64,000 bases of DNA, taken from NCBI GenBank assembly GCA_028020825.1, contig CM051622.1, positions 17,952,261 to 18,016,260 on the forward strand, written 5' to 3'. The position numbers and the translations under genes were made by a program. The stretch comes from Podargus strigoides (lineage: Eukaryota). Every line of letters begins with the position of its first letter. Positions within the stretch are counted from its first letter, which is position 1. The notes beneath the pieces were generated by a model. That model made no database searches and was not told where the DNA came from. It saw only the letters and a program-made list of their open reading frames with translations. Shown here one piece after another: positions 49,901 to 61,126 of this stretch.

Positions 49901-52900
49901 GTAATTTCTAAGTATTTTTCTTAGGAAATAAATACAGTTAAGTGTACCTGAATTGCCACCAAGCTTCCCAAGACATCAATGTGCTTTATCTAATGAGCAC
50001 ACTGGACAGAACTACAAAGAAATTAACTCACAACCAAAATGAATTATTTTTAAGTGCCAAATAGCTTCCCTTTGAATGACTGAGGTGATGAATGCAACTA
50101 CACTTAGGCAAGTTGGATTCTGTTGGTGTTAGTTTCTTTTACTTAAACGGAATCGTAAAACTTTGCTATTATTAAAATTGTATCACATATGAAAATTAAG
50201 CACTTTAAAAGGAAATTTCAGGAATAATTAAAAACTCAGTAAGTACAACCAAAAGTGCATTGTAGTTGTCAATAGCAGATAGGAGTCAGGACTTCACTGT
50301 GCTTTCTAATCAAACAGACCAAAGACAGTTAAAAACTCCAGTACATGTGTACACAGAAAAAATGCTAAACTGATCAGCCAAATGAGGAACAAGAAAAATT
50401 AATCACTTCCAGCACATGGGCAGTACCTGCAAGCAAAAGTGCTGCTTGGCCACATCTGTGTACCATTTTTAGAAACCAAACTGGGACCATTTCTTTTCTT
50501 ACAAAATTATGTGTTTGTCTTATAGCTGAAGTCAGTTACTACCACATAAGGCAAAACAAAAATCACTGCCTTTACCATTGAGCTGTATACAATCAACATG
50601 ACCAGGTAGCCCTAAAATAGCTTTTATTAGAGCAGAATTTGGCAGCCTGACAGCAGCCACAAAAGGAATTCTTCGTTAAATCTTTAAAGCGTGCCCAAAT
50701 TCTACATTTCAGTATTTATCTTTTAGGACTTCAAGGCTTGGTTTATGAATATCCAAAACCAGATTAGATTATCTTTCTGCAATAAGGACAGTAGACAAAT
50801 CCACTGCTACTATGCAGCAGAGCCATCCAAGTCAGAGTTTTATAGGAAGGGTAGACCACAACTGTGGAATGAAAGCCACCAATATTAATTAAAATCTACA
50901 ATAACTTTCAAATACATACATACCTCTTGCTTGCTAGCAAAAGTGTAGTGCAACGAACGTGCACTTAAAATAGGATGAGGCTGACAAGGAAAGTATGAAC
51001 CATTTTTTGCAGATTTGGTCTGTTTAATGTATTTCTGAAACCTACTCGGAAGCTACAAGGATGAGGGTGTATATATCTAAACAGATACACAGGAGCTAGC
51101 CAAAAGGACTGAATGACACAGTCTTTTCCTTTGAAAAATTGAACAGACCTCTTGAATCTAGTTCAAGTTATATTTACAACAGCTTTACAGTTTAGATTTA
51201 CCAACTCACATCAGTACTTTCTCAATCTCCATCAAAAATACCATGAACAAGGGCAGAAAAAGATGAGACAGAAGAAATGTAATATTTATACACCTTACTA
51301 GACACTGATGTAAACTGCATTTTCAACTGAATGTGGCACACCAAAGCAGACAGCTGAAGTAGTTCCTATATGCAAACACTAGCTCACATCTAGTGAAAAG
51401 CCAGCAATTTTCCCAAATGTTGAGTTTTAAGAATAATGTATTAAGTAATTCAGCTGCAGAGTTTTTTTGGAAGAATGAGTGCTGTAACGTGATACATGCA
51501 CCAAGTAGGGGAAAGAGTATTTCAGACTTTAAACCTAAGTCACTATTGCATTACAAACTATGAAGTGTGGCATATATCTCAAACAGAGCAAAAAAATGGC
51601 AACATTAAAGACAGTCTAGAGGAAAATACTCAGTAGATACAGATTTCACAATTGAAGACCTATACACATAACTCCTGAACTGTATGAAAACAATATCTAC
51701 CTTAAGCCACATAACACTGGCAAACTAAATAACAGTGTAATTCTAAAATGCCAGCAATGTCGCAACTTTCCTGTTACCCCTTTGCCCAAAATGCAATTCA
51801 CCAAGACCATCACTGCTATATTAAGCAGTAACACACACATGCTCTCTCTGCTGCTTGCATCCCATGCTTTGAGCTAAGTACATACCATTCAGATATAATT
51901 GGGCACCATGTTATCTCAAATCAGGTTTTAATTAATTTAGTATCACTAGTCATGCAGGTAAGTTTTAGTAATGTCTATTTTTGAAAATCTGAGTGAACTG
52001 ATAAAAACAGACCACTAATATCTTACAACTATTTTGCACAGGAAAATAAAGTAATAGTAACCAAAGATATCCCTACTTTCTTGCCATTACAGGAATAGAG
52101 CCAATAGGTCTTTTCCATCATCTTCCGTGACTGACAAAATTCTGAATTATAATAAGCTTCCTAACAGTTTTACCGTTACTTTTACCTTAAGAGTCAATCA
52201 GCAAATGTAGCCTGAGTTGTGTTGGAAATGGGTATTTTTTCAAATTCATGATTCTGCAAAACACTTATCAAGAACCCTCACGTGCAATCCTTCTTAATGC
52301 ATATTACTTTACTAAGTGAATAATTATTTTAACTGTAAAACACGTATTTGTCTCCTAATTAAACAGTTAAATCATTGATAACAGACTTGTTTCTATTCAA
52401 ACCTACCATTGGGGGACATGCATACTTATAATGACACAGTGGAAGGCTTTAAACCAGCTTGCACAAACATCTCCTTCCTTGCAATGGCAAGATACTTAAA
52501 CGATCAGTAGAATGCATGGATGTCACAATTTTTCTTCTGTAGAAGTATGGCTTAGGTAAATTCATTCGTACTGTTATGAATAAAGCATACATACAGATTG
52601 CTTTTCCAAAGTTTCCCACTCTTCCCCCCAGGTTAAATTTTCCAGTAATTTGAGTAACAGATATACTCTGTTGATAAGCCTACTGTGACTAAGTTTGCAA
52701 AGGGAGGCTGAGACACAAGGACACAGTATCCTTGAGAACACTTTGTATAAAATTTGATGTTCTTCAAAAGTCAAACCAAACAAAAGCAGTTGTGATATAA
52801 ATCACTCGTAGTACGTACTGCAACATGCAGTTTAGCTAAACAGATTCACTATTAAGAATGGAACTTTCTTGACACACAGTAGAAACTATGTAAGAATGAA

Positions 52901-53258
52901 AATGATGTCACTTATAATTAAGCATAAAATTATTCTCACCCAGTATTAGTAATAACATTCCCAAAATCCTTTCAAGTGATTTTTGTATTTTATTGTAATC
53001 AGATAACTGCACGTTTTACAGCATAGTCACACATTGTATTCTGCTAGTCACAAACACATTGCCTTACATAATGTTCTACATCATTTCTGCTCTATACTAC
53101 AAAGCCTATGACTGAATACAAAAAAAAGTTTTACAAAATAAACTGTTTTAAAGACTACAATAACAATAAAACCGTTTCCAGATAACAGCTAAAATTATAA
53201 AGGCATATCACTGCATATTTTAACTGGAATTTCCAAACAGTAAGGAATGAAATTAGTT

Positions 53259-53444
53259 TTAGTATCTGCGACGCTTGTTAGGTCCTTCAAAGTTGCCCCC
53301 TGGGTTTCCTCTACCAAAGCCACCAGGTCCACCACTCACGGCACCTACACCACTCATTGGCGGCTGAGGAGTTTCAGAGCCCGTTCTACTAACCAGAGGT
53401 GAACCCATCTGTGATGGACCTCCTTGAGGAAATCTCTCATTATG
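53259..53444 (-). CDS. PSPC1: DBHS-family (PSPC1-like) last coding exon, minus strand ([61 protein letters not shown], stop TAA at + 53259-53261)
   Basis: Minus-strand acceptor ...gtattag|CATAATGAGAGATTTCCT at + 53445/53444. It is open in phase 0 through to TAA. The C-terminal GPNKRRRY is the hallmark ending of NONO/PSPC1. Adjacency to MPHOSPH8, as on human chromosome 13, favours PSPC1. Confidence 0.8.
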   Translation of the reverse strand, partial: HNERFPQGGPSQMGSPLVSRTGSETPQPPMSGVGAVSGGPGGFGRGNPGGNFEGPNKRRRY

Positions 53445-56400
53445 CTAATACAAGTCCATTTAGAACATGCCAAATGCGAGTTACAACAAAAACCACAAGT
53501 GATGTTGTCATGAAGTTCAGCAGATAGTCCAGCAGAATCAGGATCACACATAGAGGGAAGAAAGGAGCAATTCAATTAGTTATTATGGAAAAAGAGCTGG
53601 AAATTAAAGAGTGCTAACGTTACGCTCCAAATTTGTAAAGTGAATTAAAAATTTAAAATGTAAGTATTAAGACCAACTCTGGTGCCGTATGTAAATTCAT
53701 CCTTTCAAGAGCATCTGAAGCAATACATATTCTCTATATAACAGAAGACACAGCAAACAATTTTATACCTGAGCACTATTCTGCCTTACCTACTAACTAC
53801 AACACTTCTCCCTTAAATAAATTAGACACAGTAATATTGTCCAACTAGGGAAAAAAAAAAATCAGCTTTTGTATTTCTAGAGACTGCAGGTTTATTTTAA
53901 TAGCAATATAACCTGAAGACTTATATACCCACATATCTGTCTATACTACCTGAAGTCAGCCTTTTGTATGGCACTTCAGGAATCTAGACTTAAAATCCAG
54001 TCCAAAAAAACTGATACAACTAGTGATAAAACGCATACCTGCATTATGCTTAGTTTAAAAAAACTTTGTATCTGAAGCTTAACCTGAAATATCAATGCAA
54101 GATGAAAATCCAGTTAATGTTCCACATTGATTTTCCTTAGTTCTGTGCTTAATATTAATAAAAGTCTATGTGCTTACACAGATTTATTTGGCTATAGAAA
54201 TTAAGACCTAAGACAGAAATCATGTATCTGAGCACTTATGGTTCAGTATTTACGCAAGTGTTTATAAACAGAACCCCACATGATGAAATTTAAAACATTA
54301 ACTCAACATACATAAACCAGTAAAAGCATAAATATATGGTACAATCAGATCTTGAAATAACTCATCATTCACCCACTGAGGACAGTTATGCTTTCAGAAG
54401 AAATTCCTTCTGTACAGAGATCTACCTTAACTGCCTAGGTATTCAGAGTTCAACCAGAACATTCAAGACTAGCACTTTATTTATATGCCTGAATTGGAGA
54501 AAAATTCTTCTGAAAGCCTAACTGCAGTAATAGTAGAGCTCAACAGTTCTAAAGTCTGCTAATTCTTATATGTCTTATTTAAAAACAGCATTATATCTAT
54601 GTAGATAAAAAAATATGCAACTTAGATCATGGTTGTATATATGTGCATTGTTCAAAAATTAATGTTGAATAAGAAAAAAGTTATCTCAACAGCTGCATAA
54701 AGATCTACTAGTGCCCCACAGTACCTTAAAACCTACAGCACTGGTTAAAAATGGTTTAAAAATTATCTTTAACTCATGCCAGCTTGTTAGCAATGGATAT
54801 GAATTTCAATAAATAGCTTATCACTTACTCCTTATAATTTTTACTATTTGACTTCTGGACAAAAAGTCAACTCCTCTTTCCAATAAGGACCCCTCTCTCC
54901 AGCTAATGTCAAAACTGCAGTAATTAACTACCTACAAGAAATTATGGAGGGAAAAAAGCTATTTTTAAAGTGTTATGTTCAAAGACAATCTATGTTTCAA
55001 AAGACTGCAGTGGAACAAAAAGAAGATTGCTCTAACTTTATCCTAAATGACTTCAGAAAACTATCCAATTTAAAAAAATGAAAACTGCATTTCTGGTCTA
55101 TAAAGCATAGTCTCCATTTCTCTCAGTGGAAACTGAAATTAACTCTTTCAGTGTTCTAGCAGACAGCCCTCAAAGATCTTTAAAATGGCTATCCAACAGC
55201 AGCAAAAATACAATAAGGCTATGCCTTTCTGTATGGGCCTTTCCCCTAAATTAGAAACCCTCAAAGTCCAAAATGGAAAAAAAAAATCCATCCAATTTGT
55301 CCTTCAGTAATATGCAAAAGAAAATGGAAATGAAAAATCTTTTTCTTAAAGAATGCATTTTGAAGTGTCAGTATATTCCCTACATTTCCGTACCTGGAAT
55401 GACTTTTTGTAGAAAAACAACAGTTTGAGATAGATACCATGATTTACAATACCACGTTTTTTTCCTTACACCTCTTTTTCAGTGTCTCTATGATCACAAG
55501 AGAATGTTCCAGAGGTGACCAGTAACACACTGGTCTCCAGCAAAAGCATTTCTGAAAACAGTATTTTGTGAAAAGCATCCCTACCCTTTGTGTGAGAAAT
55601 GACACAACTGATAAAATTAGCTGGCTCCTACATGAAGTGAGATCCTCTCCTTTAACTAGTAAAGGCCAGACTCATCATATTATTTGTGCTCAAAATCTCA
55701 TTTTCCTCTAAGGAACAAAGGATTTTGTCTAAACTTCATTATAGAGATTTTTAAATCACAGACAGGTACTGTTGAGAAGGTATATATAAAAAAAATATAG
55801 CTACAAAATGCTTGTGTCCCAATAAAACTACAACGGAATCACTGTTTATACCATATACTCCTTTCTAGCATATCACCACTAGAACTTCCCAAATATCTAT
55901 TTACAGAATAAAACTGAAAAATATATAAAAGTCATATTAAAAACGATATAGTTGTTTCTCTACATAAGACATTACAGCTAGGAAAAGTGACTGGCTATGA
56001 GAACAGAGCAAAAATGCCTAGTGCTTTAACTGCATCCCAATGGCATATCTGCTCTCAATAAAAATTCCAGATGTATACAAGACATTCCCTACCACCCTTG
56101 GCAACTGGGCAATATTATTTTCCCTATGTTGATATGACAGTTATCCCCAACAGTTGTTGACATACTTATTTTTTTAAGTGGCATAACTACTGTCATAATC
56201 TCATGCTTTCAACACTGTTATAAATAGAAAAAAAAACAATAAATTCACTTTAAAAAAATTAAATAGTTTACACAAAGATACCTTCACACTACATAGCTTC
56301 CAGTATTTAACTGTTCATGAAAAACCCCAACAAGCTAATATATAGAATTTAGTTTCACAAGAAAAAACAGCAAATGCCTAAATTTACAGATGACTCTGGT

Positions 56401-56759
56401 ATGTTGTTCCTTCTTCATTTCACAGCAGTGATTTCCTTCTATCAGTGAGATTTTTCACGACAGATCACACATGCAAAGTTTTGCTGCAAGTACTATATAT
56501 TCTGACCTCATTCTAAAGTCTGGTTACTGATCAAAGAACTCACCCCATTCCTAAGGGAAGGAGGATTTTCATAGTAATATCAAATAAAGATTTCCCTTCT
56601 GTGTTGTAAATTATTTGCATGAATAAGTTTTATCAATTACTTTTAACAGATTCAACACACGTAACATGTTCTTACTCAAGTGTGAAAGTATCTTTGATAA
56701 CAAAAATGGGCCATGAGACATGACAGCTATTCAAAGTAATTAAATTTGTGATACGTTAC

Positions 56760-56929
56760 CACTGTTCCATTATCTGGCATCATTGGTGTTCCCATATTTG
56801 CAGCTCCTTCTGGTCCCATGGAAGGACCAGGACCCATTGCAGGGCCAGGTAAAGTTCCTCTGTTGTTCATATTCATACCCATCATTGGAGGAGGGCCTTG
56901 GTTACCAGCAGGTGCTGGGCTAAACGCAT
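56760..56929 (-). CDS. PSPC1: DBHS-family (PSPC1-like) Gly/Pro/Met-rich exon, minus strand ([57 protein letters not shown])
   Basis: Part of ORF 56727..56942(-). Minus-strand acceptor ttttgcatag|AT at + 56930/56929 and donor CAGTG|gtaacg at + 56760/56759. The sequence fits my recollection of the PSPC1 C-terminal low-complexity region (...[24 protein letters not shown]...). Phase 1 in and phase 0 out agree with its neighbours. Confidence 0.8.
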
Positions 56930-59900
56930 CTATGCAAAACAATCTATACTTAGAGCTGTCCTATCTGAATTTTACAAGAATAAACAAACAATTTACAATA
57001 TTCAAAAAGCCAAATGTACAAGACTTCCAATACTTGAAATAAATAAAAAAAAAAAAATTCTTTGAGACTGTACATTTATCTCAATCATCTGCTTTTAAAC
57101 AGATTTTCATTAATCCCTATTGTTTTGCATTACATAATCTGACTTGTGTATTTGAAAATCCTGAACTTCACAGCTAAATATAGCTGTATAGTTTCTGGGC
57201 AGGAATCAAACTGTTTATATAGCATATATATGCAGTATACACAGCCCAAATTAGCAAAAATCTCCAGTGATTTTGCAGTAATTGGCAGTTATAAGGCAAC
57301 TCGCCTCTTTAGGGATTGTAACTTATTAAATATACATATGCAAGAACGGTTCTACCAGTATTATATTAACTGTATACTGTGCTGCAGTATATTAGTCTAA
57401 TGTCTAAAAGCAACACTAAAGAGGGTACTCTACAATAAATTATTTGTAATATGTCATAAATAAATCTTGCATTTAAATATAATTTATTATAGTAAAAGTA
57501 CCAGAAAACTAAGAGAAGTTTTGTTAGAACTGAAAATGACAGAACAGTCTCCTCCAAAATGCTGATTCACAGTAAGAGGTAGACGAAAAGCTTAAAGACA
57601 TCTTTGGAGGGGATCACTTAGCTACAACATTGAGCTAGAAAACACCACTCTGCCAGTACCCACTAACATGAAATCATACTCAACAGGCAGGTAAAACTGC
57701 CTTAGTAACATTTTCTCATGTTGGTAGAAGAAATTAAAAAGTGCAATTATATATATCATTTATGTCTGCTACTATGAAATATCGATTTTAAGACTGGTGG
57801 TGATGTATTTCAACCCCCACAATGATAATCCATCCTTTTCACCCAAAAGTGTGCATCCAAAATTTGATAATGGAAGAAGACATGTCTTTGGAATCTAGTC
57901 AATGTTTTAAGTCATGACAACACACAAGAATATCTAGAAATCTGATGCTGCTAAACTAATAAACTTGTTATTTCAAAAATCAACCTCTCACCTCTCATCA
58001 CAACTGTAACTTCTTTAGTAATGAATAGATGTACATCACTGTAAGCAGGCCATTTAACACAGACACAGTACTACAGCTACCTGTAGGTATGCAAACCTTC
58101 GTCTTTATTACCTGCCCTGAGTATGCATATCACAGCAGTCAGTGAAACCACTGCATCCAAGATATTGCTGCTAAAATTGCAGACCTGGGCTTCATCATAT
58201 ATATCAACTGCAAGCTGCTTGGCAAAAACAACCCATGCAACAGCAGCACATGTAAAGTGCTACACGTTTATTCAAAGCAATGGAAAAAAATCCTGTAATT
58301 CTGAAAAACAGTACTATTTGAGCTTAGTAATGAGAAACTCTAAAGACCTCTCCCTATGACTGAGCCAAAACAAAGGCATGCACAAGTCAGATGCTTCTTA
58401 CCTACTCGAGAGCATGATCAGTTCACGTAGCAGCTAGATAATTGTGCTACAATTCAAGAGAATTACAGTTGAATACGCCCTAAAGCTGTTTTTAGTGTCA
58501 TCCATTCAGTGACTAAATATGGAAGGAAACTGAGAAGTCTAAACTACCAATATAAGAAGAAACCTTTACGTTTAAAGGCTAGAAGTACTCTCCAGGAATA
58601 TCATCACAGCAGTGCTTAGTGCTGGTAGTAGTGCCATTAACTAAAAGCCGTCAATGCTCAATTATCTGTTATTGGTTTGCTTACCAACCTAATTAAACTT
58701 AGCCAGCTGGCCACATTCAGGTAGTGCTGACCTATACTATCAAGCCACTGTATTATTAAGCCAGTTTCAAGCAGAGTCAGCTCTGACAGGAGGACAACTA
58801 ATGAGTGGAATGCAAGGAGAGAGCAGGGCTCTTACGAGTTTCTCTGAGTTTCAGCAAGCAGCCACTACAGCATTTTAGATGTATCTCAGAGGTCCTCCTA
58901 GCTCCAAAGCTAACCCTAAGAGCTAACCACTTGATTGCCCATTCTTTTTGGTGAGCCACTGATGTTAGCAGCTAATTCACTGGACCAGGTTCCACAACAG
59001 ATGGAAAGCAGTCATCAGTGTTCATGCAACAGTGCAAAGACACTAAAAAAGTCTTTTTCTGCAGTCTGGAGGGCTGAAAAACTACACTCTAAGTGTCCAA
59101 ACTGCACATAGCCAAGGTCTGGCACAGCTAGCAACAAGACACAGTCTATTAATGATCCTCATCAACGTGGAGAGACAATCCCCCAAAAAGTCCCATATTG
59201 AAAATCCCTAGCATTAAAGATGCAGTTAAGTGCTACACTGAGCTATACAGATTTTCTCAGAACTTGTTTTCCACAGAGAACAATGTAAAAATGCGTGGTC
59301 CTGCACAAGTCAGCCCAACACTAATTAAACCCGTCACAAAGGTACCTTGCTTACTAGTAAGGTTATCTTGCAGGTATTTCCATTACTGAAGATAATCCAG
59401 CTCGCCACTGTCCCACATGATGAAAAGTTGCAAATGGGATAGGTAAAGGCCAGTTAAAAATAAAGTTACAATCCCAATAGAAATGTTGAGAAACAATGCT
59501 ATGATAAACAATTAAAGGTCTACTATTTAAAGATCTACTACAGGTTTTAAGGATTTTTTTTATTTCTGATGGGGTTATTAAGGGGCTGGAGAAAAAAATA
59601 TATCTACAATAAACTAACCTAAAATCAATATACTGTGGAAATAAGCACTATCTTTACCTACCCACTACAGGTATTTTTCCCTTTTTAAAAAAGTAGTTTA
59701 GTGTTACTGTAGCTTCTTTTGAAGCTACATATTTATTTCTGAAAGCATTTGTATCAAATTTAGAATCAAAAGCCATAGCACAAATCTTACAAAGCAAGAC
59801 TACGAAGAACATCACTGTTAAGCATTAAAACTGACAAGAAAAGGGTTGTGAACCAACTGCTACAAATACTCATTAAAAATGTATCTTCTGGATCTGGACA

Positions 59901-61068
59901 AGTGGCATTAGCAGTTTCCGCAGTATCAATATTTACCAAGTCTCCTAATTAAATAAAATTTTCAAGTAGACTGCAGTAATATTTTTAGTACAACTATAAA
60001 ATAATTTAGTCACAATTTACACTTCAGCTTATTATTTGTAAATAAGTTCACAATGTCTTCCTTTAGAATTATTTTTTAAAGCTCTTCATCTTCCCTGGAA
60101 GAAAAAGTCTTTTTCTATTTTGCAGCTATAAATATGTCTCAATTAATAAATGCAAGGAAATAGTGAAAAAAGTATTTTAAAATCTGGACCAAGCAGATTA
60201 ATTAGTCTACAAGTTCTCAAATTACTCAAAAGGGCAACAATGTTTAAGTTTTGTATGTACTTTCTAATTTAAAATACGCTAAAATAGTATTAACTTTTCT
60301 TAAAATTATCATCTTAACTTATTTTAAAGGAACATCAGGAAGTTTCCAAGAGATATATGTTGACACTTAATATAGTTTAGTAAGTCTGGATTTTTTTTTT
60401 AAGAAACAGTCTAAGTTTCAGTCTTGTTTAAAAGCAGATATTCTGGTTAAGTAGGATTCCAAACTGTTTCAGTCTGCATATACGGAGCAAGCACTAATTA
60501 TTAAGAATGTACTTTCCCAGACTTCACAGAAACAGTTTTTAGTAGTGGTAATATTTTAAGTCACAAAAATGAACTGAGAATATTTGCAAATACAGACCTG
60601 CAATAAATTACCAGAACACCAATCACATTCCTCATTAATCTTTTGTCAGGTATGTTAACAAGAACTTACCTATTTTAAGCTCTACATCATTTCACTCCAT
60701 GCACTTACAGTCACAGCTTCTCTGAAGAGGCAGTCCCTCCAAAACAATGCCAAATACTTTCTGAACAGAAAATTCCTCTTTTGTATCAGATAATTTCTAG
60801 AGCGTCACCTTTCCTTGCCTTTTTGTTTCTTTTAACTCGCATATCATATTCCTCTCCCACAGGTAGTCAAAACAATAAAACAAAGATACATGTTGGGGAA
60901 AAACGTAGCTCTTTGGAAGCAAAATATTTGAGTACTTTTATTTCCCAATACTGTTTACTCCTTTTTACCAGTATTTGTCACTAATTTAAGAGTGCTTGAG
61001 TAACATGTACAGTCCCAAAGAAAAAGAAGTTTCACATTACAGAAGCCTTTTTTTCCTTCAGATCCCTA

Positions 61069-61126
61069 CCTCCCATGTTTATTGCTCCACGAGGACCCAT
61101 ATCACCCATTCTCATTTCCTGTTCTC
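61069..61126 (-). CDS. PSPC1: DBHS-family (PSPC1-like) exon, minus strand (REQEMRMGDMGPRGAINMG-)
   Basis: Reverse complement reads tactttcag|AGAGAACAGGAAATGAGAATGGGTGATATGGGTCCTCGTGGAGCAATAAACATGGGAG|gtaggg. It matches the DBHS motif REQEIRMGQM... of PSPC1/NONO. It is phase 0 in and phase 1 out, and the leftover G pairs with the next exon to give Asp. Confidence 0.75.

Noticed and set aside
56818-57042. A 74-aa plus-strand ORF ([16 protein letters not shown]...).
   Set aside because: It is antisense to the Gly/Pro-rich PSPC1-like exon. The minus frame carries the conserved DBHS sequence and correct splice sites.
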